DNA from: Candidatus Omnitrophota bacterium
Lineage (GTDB): Bacteria > Omnitrophota > Gorgyraeia > Zapsychrales > Fredricksoniimonadaceae
Direction: 5' to 3'
NCBI GenBank assembly: GCA_013287965.1
Contig: JABDCU010000007.1
Coordinates: 440-64,439 of the forward strand
DNA: 64,000 bases
Below the pieces are notes generated by a model. It did not search any database. It worked only from the letters and a program-made list of their open reading frames with translations, and was not told where the DNA came from. The translations under genes were made by a program, and so were the position numbers. This document shows, in pieces, positions 28,607 to 37,629 of the stretch. Numbering within the stretch: position 1 is the first letter of the stretch; each line of letters opens with the position of its first letter.

Positions 28607-31390
28607 TTATGATGCAGTCAACTGTGCCAAGATAGGCGATGCGGAAGCCGGCCTGATCTCAAGGATCACCGGTACCAGCCCGTCAATGTGGATTTGGGCC
28701 AAGTCCTGCTGGCTCACTGGCAAGGGTACGCCGTTGCCATCACGCTTGATATGCAAGTCCAAATGCGCGGCATTCATGTCAATACCGCCCAAATGATCAA
28801 GTTTGTCCGCTGTTATACCATGTATCATCGCCGAACTGGACGTAGTGAAGGACATCAGGCCATCAAACATCTCATGCAAATTTTTCTGATATTCCTCTCT
28901 CAGCGGCTGGCCGACAACAGGCCTATACTGTAACAATTGATCTTCTTCCAGCTGTAAAAAAGCGCTCAACTCAAACCCATCACCGCTCAAAACAGCCTCG
29001 GTGCTCAGACCATCACCGGAATGCTGCGCTACCAGCGTAAGTGTGACCCCATTGGCGAATACGATCTTATGACTATGCTCATTAAATGAAGTCACTTCCA
29101 CGTCTCCCAGCAAGGCAGTGTAAAACTTGTGCATCGTCTCACGGATCCCAAAATGGCCATAAATCTCACGCAACAGGTCCTGATCATCTTTAATAAGCCC
29201 TTGACCAGGAACATATGAACTATTAAAGATCTTTGCCCCGAATACATAAAAATTAAATGCATGGCCCTGATAACTGATATTGACCCTTGTTCGAGTCGCC
29301 CAACCCGCGGATCCTATCTCCAATGAAAGCCCAACTCCATTGGTGAACCTTACCTCGACAGAATGTTCCGGCAATAACTTGCAATAGGAAACCTCGGGTT
29401 TTCCTAAAAAAACATTTTCAAATGCCAGCCTCGCATCTTCATGATGGACCGTCATCGCCTCATCGGGGGAAAATAATTTATTAATTCTTTGGTTTGTCTT
29501 ATACTCCTTAGTTGTCATTAAACCTTCAGGGCTGTGATGGTCCAGATCTTCATCCAAGAACTCAGTCGTGAATACCCATATGATCGCAGAATGCTCCGGC
29601 ACAGGCACTAATTTAAAGTTAATATGCCTGCCGGGACCCGCAAGCGGTCTTATGAAAACCACTTTTACAAGTTTGGATTTATAATATAATTTTTTCCCTT
29701 CATGAATCTCAAGTCCATTGCTAAAAACAAATTCTTTATCGCTCTTACCAATGACGATCTTTCCAATTTCTTCTAATTTGTGGACAACGTCATGGAGCTT
29801 TGTTCTCTGCCCCTCCGCCGAAATCGGGTTTATTGCTGCTATCGCTCCAGCACCGGCAATTCTTAAGAAATCCCTGCGCCCCATCTTGTTGTCATTCGCC
29901 TTCATCGCCGTATCGTGGCCGGTCCCCTGTTCCTGAAGCTCCTCTATGTCCCGCAAGATCTGTTCGATTTCTTTGAACTCTTTAGAATCAGATGGATATT
30001 TATATTTTTCCAACTGTTCATCCAATTTCACGAATATTTCTTTAAGGATAACCCTGTATTTTTCAGAAATGGGAACTGAAGGACTGGATTTTTGCCGAAT
30101 TTCAATTAACCTTTCCTTGGCTGAAGTAATTCTCTCCTGCGGTGACATCCTGACTGGCCTTATACCATAACCTTCCTTATACTGATCGGGAAGACCAGGG
30201 GGAATGATTCTTTTTCTTTTCACCCCCATCGCCGCGTCTTTGGGATCCATTGATACAGTGGCAAAGTCAAATTGCCTGCGCGTTCCCAAACTTACTACTG
30301 TTGCCATTGCTGCACTTCTATCTCCTTGAACATGCCTTGTTAAAGCCAAGCTTCCGTCAATTCCTAATAAAGAAGTCCCTCCCGAAAAATACTTCCTTGG
30401 GATCGTTTCATTAGTATATTTATCCACATCCTCTTTAATATAGTTAAACACGCCTTTTTTATAGGCTTTCAGGTATTGCCGATAAATGGCTTCGTTATTC
30501 TTGGGGTTTTGGTCAACGCCCTTGAGCTTGGCTTTATTAGCATAAATTCTAGCCAATAATGATTCCCTTAATGCGCGCTTATACCAGGCAGCAAGGATCA
30601 TCCCGCTAAAGACCTGCCGTAACGGAGCGAAATTCTTGTCTTCATTGACTTCTTTTTCTAATTGGGGAAGGACTACTTCGCGGACTACTTGGGAACCTAT
30701 TGCATGAGATTTGTCATGCTGTGAATGACGGCTTAAAGACAGATAATCTTCTTCCAGCATTACCTTCAAATGACTTTTATAGAGATAGGCGATATTGCCT
30801 TTTTCATAGATATCTGCTTCATCCGGCACGATCCATACCTTGTTAAAGGTATTGACCGGTATATTGATCGTCCCAAACTGCTTATAGGCGCGGCTGTAGA
30901 CTTCATCCCAAAATTTCTTGCCCAACTTGCCCTGCGGGTATATTAAAGAAGCAGTGATCTGTTTAAGCAGATAATCCTGGGCCAATAGATCACGGCCCAT
31001 TTCGGTTTTGCCGAAATCATCCTTAATAATGCGGTTCTTTTCATACGGGCTAAGATTGACCCATTGGTCTTCATCAGGGACTGCCAAAGAAGCCAAAAAA
31101 TATTTGATCAACTTTGTATACTCTTCTTTTTTCTGAACCTCTGTAAAACCTTTGTCACCCTTATAAACAATAAAATCAAACTTAAAAGCGTTCTCCGGAT
31201 GGATGACAATGCCTTTTAAAAGAGCCGGGGTAAACTCAGGACTTAAATGCACCATCACACCTGGCTTGGGCAGATTTACTTCCCCGCCTACTGGCGAGGC
31301 AAGCTGCGCCCAGCTCTGCGGTATCAAGCCATTGGCCAAAAAGGCAAACAAAACAAATACAGAGATTATTTTTCTCATTTTAGTCTTCAA
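28607..31390 (-). CDS. Secreted multidomain protein (927 aa), paralogue of 1..4590
   Basis: Signal peptide MKTKMRKIISVFVLFAFLANGLIPQSWAQ. It shares the ~340-aa N-terminal domain ending RKYFSGG. An internal RRDFLRIAGAGAIAA motif lies at aa 503-527. The C-terminal module is GGIDMNAAHLDLHIKRDGNGVPLP...GLVPVILEIRP. Confidence 0.8.
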   Translation of the reverse strand: MKTKMRKIISVFVLFAFLANGLIPQSWAQLASPVGGEVNLPKPGVMVHLSPEFTPALLKGIVIHPENAFKFDFIVYKGDKGFTEVQKKEEYTKLIKYFLASLAVPDEDQWVNLSPYEKNRIIKDDFGKTEMGRDLLAQDYLLKQITASLIYPQGKLGKKFWDEVYSRAYKQFGTINIPVNTFNKVWIVPDEADIYEKGNIAYLYKSHLKVMLEEDYLSLSRHSQHDKSHAIGSQVVREVVLPQLEKEVNEDKNFAPLRQVFSGMILAAWYKRALRESLLARIYANKAKLKGVDQNPKNNEAIYRQYLKAYKKGVFNYIKEDVDKYTNETIPRKYFSGGTSLLGIDGSLALTRHVQGDRSAAMATVVSLGTRRQFDFATVSMDPKDAAMGVKRKRIIPPGLPDQYKEGYGIRPVRMSPQERITSAKERLIEIRQKSSPSVPISEKYRVILKEIFVKLDEQLEKYKYPSDSKEFKEIEQILRDIEELQEQGTGHDTAMKANDNKMGRRDFLRIAGAGAIAAINPISAEGQRTKLHDVVHKLEEIGKIVIGKSDKEFVFSNGLEIHEGKKLYYKSKLVKVVFIRPLAGPGRHINFKLVPVPEHSAIIWVFTTEFLDEDLDHHSPEGLMTTKEYKTNQRINKLFSPDEAMTVHHEDARLAFENVFLGKPEVSYCKLLPEHSVEVRFTNGVGLSLEIGSAGWATRTRVNISYQGHAFNFYVFGAKIFNSSYVPGQGLIKDDQDLLREIYGHFGIRETMHKFYTALLGDVEVTSFNEHSHKIVFANGVTLTLVAQHSGDGLSTEAVLSGDGFELSAFLQLEEDQLLQYRPVVGQPLREEYQKNLHEMFDGLMSFTTSSSAMIHGITADKLDHLGGIDMNAAHLDLHIKRDGNGVPLPVSQQDLAQIHIDGLVPVILEIRPASASPILAQLTAS

Positions 31391-31467
31391 GTGGATTTTA
31401 GGGCAAAATCACCCTTAAGGAATGTATACCATATATTATAAGGAAAGGCAAATTGAGGGCGCCTTAG

Positions 31468-33234
31468 TTAGCCAGACGGATGGATCAAGACTTGGTATAA
31501 AGAAAAGGCCTCATTCTGGTACATTTTCTTTAAAGCAGGGCTGTCTGCCTGGGGCTCATAATATTTCATAAAAACGACATAATCCACTTTATATTTCATG
31601 ATAGCCACGTACACCGCCTGGTTTACCGGATGATAGGCCAGCATCACAAAATCCTTCATGTCCTGCATGCGTTTTTGCCATTCAACAACAGCCCCATAAT
31701 CAAAACCAACGATCCCGCAATCACGCTGGCACACCAGCACCTTGCGTTCGCTGTTGATCCTAAAGCCCCCAAAGGCGATGTCAATGGGCGTCAGGACCAT
31801 CGCGTCTTTAGGGGTGTGGTCTCGCACATACTCCTGCATATTGATCCAGTTGCGCAGCAGCTGCCAGGGCCCGTCGCCGTAATTCCTTGCCTGAAGATAA
31901 TTATAATGAAAAATACAAAATGAAATGAAGGCCGCTAAAAGCGGGATGACAATGAGGGCTTTCCTTAAATAAATATCCAGTTTTGGCCATCGTTTAAAAT
32001 TAAGAATAATAAATACAAGCACCATGGCGATCAATGGAAAGATGTTCTTCTGGACCTTAACGGGAAAACTGGACCAATTCCCAAACCCTATAAAAAGAAA
32101 GGTCATGGCCGCTATCAACGCCTGCCAGGGCTTGGCTTCTTTGACGGTTTTAAAGGCCCAAAAAGTCGTATAGCTCATTAAAAAAAGACGGATGAACTGC
32201 TCATTGCGTATCAGGTTTAGGTCTATGACAAACCGGCTGGGAATAGCGTAGGTAAAAATAGTGGAAAAAATGACCAGCGTAAAAGCCGTCCCTACCAGCA
32301 CATTTGTTTTCTTGTCCTGCCTAAGGGGAGGATAAATAAAATAAAGAAAGGCATACAAAAACCCAAGAAAAACATAGGGTTCAATGCTCCCCCAGAAAGC
32401 CGCCTTGTCAGCCCAAGCCTGCTCTAAAGGCGTGCCGCCAAATAAAAAATTCTGCGGGCAGGACGCCAAATATAGCGGCAGCCATTCACTGATGGGCACT
32501 GAGGCACCTATTAATTTATCGTGCAAAGACCTGGGGACCTGCCAAAATAAAAAAGGCAAAGACCCTAATATAAAAATGAGATTGGCCTTAAAGATCATCT
32601 CCCATCGCCGGGCATGATAAAAGAACAGGAACACCAGCATGTAAAACAAGCCGAATAAACTATAAATACCGTCGATATTGGCGGCCAGTCCGAATATAAG
32701 GGCCGCTAACATAAACCGCTCTTTATAGAATAAATAGATACCGGCAAACATCAGGCATTGGCCGACGGTCTCATGGGAAAAGGTGCACCACAGCAGTTCT
32801 TCCGTACGGCCCAGGACCATGAACATAATGATCGCGCACCCGACCGTGAACCTGTCCGGCTCAAGCAATCGCCAGAGCTTATACAGTAATAAAAAGATCA
32901 AATAACGGAAAACCAGAAACAAAACAAAATAGGCGGTCGGCACCTGTGCGACCGTGATGAATTTGGCGAGAATAGGATACAGGTAGGAAGAGAAATTATT
33001 CACCAAACTATCGACGTAATAGTCCCCTTTATACAAAGAAGGATCAATGAGGCGTTTAAGCAACGGGATCTCTAGGTGCTGATTGTCCCAGCCGTAAATA
33101 TAGCTGTTGCAACAAAGGTAGGCGGCAAGTAAAAGGAAGGCGGCAAAAAAATCGTTGGCAAGAAGATGCTTAAGACGCCGCTTAAATGGGTCTGTCATGA
33201 TATTTATTTCTGACATCGAAACACATGATAACAC
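31468..33234 (-). CDS. Polytopic membrane protein with a soluble C-terminal domain (possible GT-C-type glycosyltransferase)
   Basis: More than 10 hydrophobic segments by eye. No catalytic motif recognised with confidence. Confidence 0.5.
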   Translation of the reverse strand: MLSCVSMSEINIMTDPFKRRLKHLLANDFFAAFLLLAAYLCCNSYIYGWDNQHLEIPLLKRLIDPSLYKGDYYVDSLVNNFSSYLYPILAKFITVAQVPTAYFVLFLVFRYLIFLLLYKLWRLLEPDRFTVGCAIIMFMVLGRTEELLWCTFSHETVGQCLMFAGIYLFYKERFMLAALIFGLAANIDGIYSLFGLFYMLVFLFFYHARRWEMIFKANLIFILGSLPFLFWQVPRSLHDKLIGASVPISEWLPLYLASCPQNFLFGGTPLEQAWADKAAFWGSIEPYVFLGFLYAFLYFIYPPLRQDKKTNVLVGTAFTLVIFSTIFTYAIPSRFVIDLNLIRNEQFIRLFLMSYTTFWAFKTVKEAKPWQALIAAMTFLFIGFGNWSSFPVKVQKNIFPLIAMVLVFIILNFKRWPKLDIYLRKALIVIPLLAAFISFCIFHYNYLQARNYGDGPWQLLRNWINMQEYVRDHTPKDAMVLTPIDIAFGGFRINSERKVLVCQRDCGIVGFDYGAVVEWQKRMQDMKDFVMLAYHPVNQAVYVAIMKYKVDYVVFMKYYEPQADSPALKKMYQNEAFSLYQVLIHPSG

Positions 33235-33240
33235 AAAAAA

Positions 33241-34395
33241 TTAAAATGCATACAATCCTAAGATCAATATATAACCTTGAAGAAGGCGGATGACCAGCAA
33301 ACTGCCCAAGACCATGGCCAGCATCGTCAAGAGCCACCAATCTTTTTTAAAAGCTTCCGCCATGCCGCGGGCAAAGACCAATGCCGAGATGATGCCCAAA
33401 GGCACCAGGAAAATAAAATACCTCATGGACAATTCAAATCCTTGGGGCGGCTGATGGCCGTGGGTCATCCCTATGATCAATGCCACGGCCGCAAAAAACA
33501 ATAAACCCATCAATAAAAGCAATGCCCTCCCCTCAGCCGGCCTTGGCATGGCCTTGGTCCTGTAAAACAGCATAAAAACCGCGTAAATGGCCGCGATCCA
33601 TAAAATATCCGCCGGCAAATTAAGATTGATCAAGTCCCACCATGATTTATCCGACCAAAAAACATACCTGGGCGCTTGGGCTTTATAAAAAAGACCTATG
33701 GCTATTGGTAGTAAGGAGAAAAAAACCGGGACACATTGACTTTTTATTTTCAAAAAGTCAATGTGTCCCGGTTTTTTCCACAACAATACCAAAACAACCG
33801 CGATCTGAATGACAGAAAAGATCACCGTAAAACTCAACAGGAAATGGATGATGACCAAACGTGAGGACCATAAACCCTCCCGCTTTTTATCCGTTAATAG
33901 TTTGATAAAAACCAGCAATTGCAAAGTCGTCAACAAAAACCAAAGCGCGTATGGCCGTGCTTCCGCCCAATAAGCCCAGACCATGAATGAAGAAAGAGAC
34001 AGCATTAAGCCATAAATCCCCCACCACCAGCCATACCCCTCTGCGAAAAAATAAAAAATAAGTGCCAGCCCTAAAGACATGCAAATATTAGGGGCAATGC
34101 GCAAGATCAACCGGGATTTTGCGTCAAGCGCGCCTTTCCGATCCCAAGGCACAGGCAGGGAATAGCCGGCAATATTGTTAATGGATTTTTGGACCAGATA
34201 AAATAAAGGACAGCCATTGCCCTCAGGGACCTGGCCGGCCAGTATCTGTGTGAAGGAAAGCTTTTGGACGCTGTTGACCTGGGAATATACTTCATCATTC
34301 CACAATGGTTTCTTGGCAGCCAGCCAAAATCCGACGGACAGCAGCAATAAAAAGACCAATACTGTTTGCGCGGGTATGTTAAAAGATCTGTACAT
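33241..34395 (-). CDS. Polytopic membrane protein, ArnT/PMT-like (GT-C) candidate
   Basis: First-loop motif KKPLWNDEVYS (a DE motif as in GT39/GT83) and many TM segments. It contains an in-frame hairpin-repeat insertion. Confidence 0.55.
   Translation of the reverse strand: MYRSFNIPAQTVLVFLLLLSVGFWLAAKKPLWNDEVYSQVNSVQKLSFTQILAGQVPEGNGCPLFYLVQKSINNIAGYSLPVPWDRKGALDAKSRLILRIAPNICMSLGLALIFYFFAEGYGWWWGIYGLMLSLSSFMVWAYWAEARPYALWFLLTTLQLLVFIKLLTDKKREGLWSSRLVIIHFLLSFTVIFSVIQIAVVLVLLWKKPGHIDFLKIKSQCVPVFFSLLPIAIGLFYKAQAPRYVFWSDKSWWDLINLNLPADILWIAAIYAVFMLFYRTKAMPRPAEGRALLLLMGLLFFAAVALIIGMTHGHQPPQGFELSMRYFIFLVPLGIISALVFARGMAEAFKKDWWLLTMLAMVLGSLLVIRLLQGYILILGLYAF
33719..33777. repeat. Hairpin repeat (ccgggacacattgac family), copy A, inside a CDS
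   Basis: AAAAAACCGGGACACATTGACTTTTT / AAAAAGTCAATGTGTCCCGGTTTTTT forms a 26-bp perfect stem. It reads in frame as KKPGHIDFLKIKSQCVPVFF. Confidence 0.85.
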
Positions 34396-35032
34396 TGATC
34401 GACCTTATCAGGCTTGCCGCGTCTTGCGGGAGCACTTGTTTGGCAATGATTTGCCGGGTGAGCATCAGCAATCGGTAGGCGTCTTGATAACCTTTATTTA
34501 ACCGTCCGGCCACCGTTTGCGGCTGTATCCCCTGCCCTGTCAGGATATCTAAATAGATCTTGGAAGAATAAAGGGCTTCCAACGCGGTTTGCGGCACAAC
34601 ATTGATGGCTTGACCCAGCATTTGGCCGGCTTTTGGAAAATCATTTTCTTTCAAATAAAGGACACCTGCATCATAGTAAACCCAAAAGGATTGGGGTTTT
34701 AAGCCAGCCGCTTTTTCCAAATAACTGACTGCCGTATCATTCCGGCCCATACGGCTGTAACAATAACCCAACAAAACATCCGCGTCGGCATTCCCCCGGC
34801 TTAGGGCGGATATGATCTTGTAATAAATGATATAACGGCCCAAAGTATCCTGGCTGGCCGGCGCCGCGGGGTCCAGTAAAACCTCGTAGGAAGACGGCAT
34901 AAAATAATTGAGCGTCCGAAGCTGGGCTTTGTGGAATTCCCGGCTGATCAAAAAACAAAATAATAAGAAAACGCAAAGCAGGGAAAGCCATTTACCAGCG
35001 AGGATATATTTTCTTTTGGGCTTGAGGGACAT
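34379..35032 (-). CDS. TPR-repeat protein with an N-terminal membrane anchor (paralogue 1 of 3)
   Basis: LLGYCYSRMGRNDTAVSYLEKAAGLKPQSFWVYYDAGVLYLKENDFPKA. Confidence 0.7.
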   Translation of the reverse strand: MSLKPKRKYILAGKWLSLLCVFLLFCFLISREFHKAQLRTLNYFMPSSYEVLLDPAAPASQDTLGRYIIYYKIISALSRGNADADVLLGYCYSRMGRNDTAVSYLEKAAGLKPQSFWVYYDAGVLYLKENDFPKAGQMLGQAINVVPQTALEALYSSKIYLDILTGQGIQPQTVAGRLNKGYQDAYRLLMLTRQIIAKQVLPQDAASLIRSINVQIF

Positions 35033-35718
35033 TAGAGGATTTTTATTTGAGCATCAATCCCCGCGGCTTGCAAGGGAATTTTATTTTTCAATGAATAAAG
35101 CGCCTTTGCCGCGCGGGTGTAACCTTCCTGAAGGGAAACAACAGGATTGTAAGAATGGTCTGATGACAAAATATCAAAATAAACTTTTGATGAATACAGC
35201 TCCCGCAGGGTATAACGCGGGTCCGCGTTCAGCCCCAAGGAAAATAATTTTTCAGCGTCGCTGTATTGGCCGGCTTGCAGGGCCATCACTGCCCAATCCT
35301 GACAGCCCCAAAATGAATGCGGGTCTAACATGCAGGACTTTTGAAATTGTTCATAGGCCTTGTCCTTAAGCCCTTGCCGGTAATAACAAAAGCCCAGCAC
35401 ACTGTGCCCTTGCGGGTTTTCAGGCATTACGCTCACCAATAATTCGTAATATTTGATAAGGTCCTCCGACGGCTGCCATCCTTGGGCCTTGCCATTGGCC
35501 CGGATCAAGGCCCTATACGCGTCCGCGGGAGGTGTGGTCATGTCGAGAGTTTTGATCCCCTTGGCTTGCATCGCTTCCAGACGTTTATCTTGAAACCACT
35601 TCAAAAGAATATTAAGATGAGAAGTATTTTGCGTCTTTATCGCGGTCAACCCTAAGGCCATCAGCAAGGCCCATAATAAGGTAAGAAGAAAAAATCGATA
35701 TGACGAGAGCATGGACAT
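35032..35718 (-). CDS. TPR-repeat protein with an N-terminal membrane anchor (paralogue 2 of 3)
   Basis: VLGFCYYRQGLKDKAYEQFQKSCMLDPHSFWGCQDWAVMALQAGQYSDA. Confidence 0.7.
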   Translation of the reverse strand: MSMLSSYRFFLLTLLWALLMALGLTAIKTQNTSHLNILLKWFQDKRLEAMQAKGIKTLDMTTPPADAYRALIRANGKAQGWQPSEDLIKYYELLVSVMPENPQGHSVLGFCYYRQGLKDKAYEQFQKSCMLDPHSFWGCQDWAVMALQAGQYSDAEKLFSLGLNADPRYTLRELYSSKVYFDILSSDHSYNPVVSLQEGYTRAAKALYSLKNKIPLQAAGIDAQIKIL

Positions 35719-37091
35719 GGCGCGTTCTGGTCTTCAGTACCTTCTGGGTCTTTTACGTTACCCTTTTTTCTGAGACCATCCTTTATTTTGATTCTTTCGG
35801 GTATGAACAGCTGGCGCAAAAAATAGCGCACGGGCCTATCCTGGATTATTTCCGCGACCTTAACCGCGAGCCGCTTTATCCTTTGTTCCTTGCCCTTAAC
35901 ATGAAGCTGGCTGATATTTTGCATATTCCTTATACCAATTTGGTCCTGCTTACGCAAGGAATTATTCTGCTGGCGGCCCAATGGCTGATGGCCCTGGTAC
36001 TTGAGACCATCGGCTTATCAGACAAAATAACAGCCTTGCTGGTCTTGTATTTTGTCATTTCACCTTCAGTGCTTCGCTCCTCGCTGATCGTGTACTCTGA
36101 AATAATCACCTATCCTTTGATGATCGCGGCTGTCCTTGTTTCCTGCAAAACATGGGATTTTTTGATGGGAAACAAAAGTCCGTGGCGCTTTTACGCCCAA
36201 AGGGGGCTTTATACAGGCCTGGTTTTTGTCCCTCTTATTTTTGTTAAGGGCATTTTCGAGCTGATCACGCCGGTTTTTTTATTTGTCTTAGGTGTAGCCG
36301 CCGCCATCAAGTGGAAGATGGACCGTCAGGCTATCAAGATAGCAGCTGTTTTTCTGATCGCGGCTTTAACGGCCTTCTGGACGCCGGTGCTGATGTACAA
36401 AACAGTCAACAAGATCTATAACGGGCATTTTGCTTTTACTAACCGCGGTTCCTGGGCTTTATACGGCACTGCGGCACGGCGTGCCCTGCCTGTCACACCC
36501 CAAGAACATTTGGCGCAAATGCTTTATGTTTTTCCTGATAAATCATGGTGTGAACGCGCCGCCAGTCCAGCGGCTTGCGCGCATTGGCATTACCAATTGT
36601 CCGATAACTTAGGGATGCAGGAATACCAGCAATTAAGAGCGCAAAATTTATCAAATGCAGAGATCGACCGACAATTAATGACAATGTCCTTAAAGGTCAT
36701 GGTTACCCATCCTTGGGCAACGCTGCAGGGGATGTTTTGGGAAGGGGCAAAACTTATCTTTTGGGAATATCCGGCGTGGGGAATGGTTGCCTTGCCGAAG
36801 GAATTACATCTTGCGTACCAGGCCCCGATGACCTACTATTCGGTCCTGATAATAATTAATTTACTGAATTTTATTTCTGTTTGCTGGGCCGTCTTCTATC
36901 TCCTGTTCAGAAGGCCTTTTCAAAACCAGCCTGCCGGAACATATATGGCGATCACCATGATCTTGCTCTTCCTTTATATAGCAGCGCATTCCTTGTTCTT
37001 TTTAAATGAACGCAATGCCCTGCCGATCGTGCCTTTATTTTTTATTTTAGCCGGGGCTGGTATTAAAGTTTTCAAAAAAGAGAATAAATGA
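35700..37091 (+). CDS. Polytopic membrane protein, GT-C-like candidate
   Basis: First loop YFDSFGYEQLAQKI and more than 10 TM segments. It is one of only five plus-strand genes I call in the window. Confidence 0.55.
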   Translation: MTRAWTWRVLVFSTFWVFYVTLFSETILYFDSFGYEQLAQKIAHGPILDYFRDLNREPLYPLFLALNMKLADILHIPYTNLVLLTQGIILLAAQWLMALVLETIGLSDKITALLVLYFVISPSVLRSSLIVYSEIITYPLMIAAVLVSCKTWDFLMGNKSPWRFYAQRGLYTGLVFVPLIFVKGIFELITPVFLFVLGVAAAIKWKMDRQAIKIAAVFLIAALTAFWTPVLMYKTVNKIYNGHFAFTNRGSWALYGTAARRALPVTPQEHLAQMLYVFPDKSWCERAASPAACAHWHYQLSDNLGMQEYQQLRAQNLSNAEIDRQLMTMSLKVMVTHPWATLQGMFWEGAKLIFWEYPAWGMVALPKELHLAYQAPMTYYSVLIIINLLNFISVCWAVFYLLFRRPFQNQPAGTYMAITMILLFLYIAAHSLFFLNERNALPIVPLFFILAGAGIKVFKKENK

Positions 37092-37230
37092 AGGGCACCA
37101 CCGCTGAACTTTGCACAAAGATGACCAAGAGGCTTAAGACGATAAAAATGATGATAATGGGCGCCAGCCAGAAACGTTTACGTGTCTTTAAAAAATCCCA
37201 TAATTCTTTGAGCAACCCTATCTTCGACAT
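37072..37230 (-). CDS. Small membrane protein (DUF5989-like) partnering SxtJ/carbamoyltransferase
   Basis: MSKIGLLKELWDFLKTRKRFWLAPIIIIFIVLSLLVIF...PFIYSLF. I trimmed the start to 37230 (a G-rich RBS lies upstream). Confidence 0.6.
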   Translation of the reverse strand: MSKIGLLKELWDFLKTRKRFWLAPIIIIFIVLSLLVIFVQSSAVVPFIYSLF

Positions 37231-37246
37231 ATCCCCCCTGCCAAAC

Positions 37247-37627
37247 CTAAAATTGTTGAGTATAATTATTGTGTTCTTTGACAGGCCTGTCAAGCCAATA
37301 AGAGGCCCTGTCTACCTTAAATTTCCTGTTTAAAATATCTTTTTTAAACAATCTTAACAGCAGCCCGACGGGTGCAAAAACAAGATAGAATGTCACTGTC
37401 AAAAGAATGATGGTAATGAGCTGGCCTATTGGGTACCAAACTTTGATTAGCAAGGTTTCTGCGCGCTGTAATAACGGATGATTGAATAAGACCATATACA
37501 AAGCAAAGACCCCAAGGACAATGGGGATGATGGTCACCGCATCAACCCCGTGCTTGACATAATGCCGTAGACCTATGGCGATCATGAGCAAGGGAAGTAG
37601 ATAATTTAAAAATGTTGGTTTTTTCAT
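37247..37627 (-). CDS. SxtJ-like small membrane protein
   Basis: 126 aa with 3-4 TM segments, immediately downstream of the carbamoyltransferase. I recall this trio as conserved. Confidence 0.55.
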   Translation of the reverse strand: MKKPTFLNYLLPLLMIAIGLRHYVKHGVDAVTIIPIVLGVFALYMVLFNHPLLQRAETLLIKVWYPIGQLITIILLTVTFYLVFAPVGLLLRLFKKDILNRKFKVDRASYWLDRPVKEHNNYTQQF

Positions 37628-37629
37628 GG

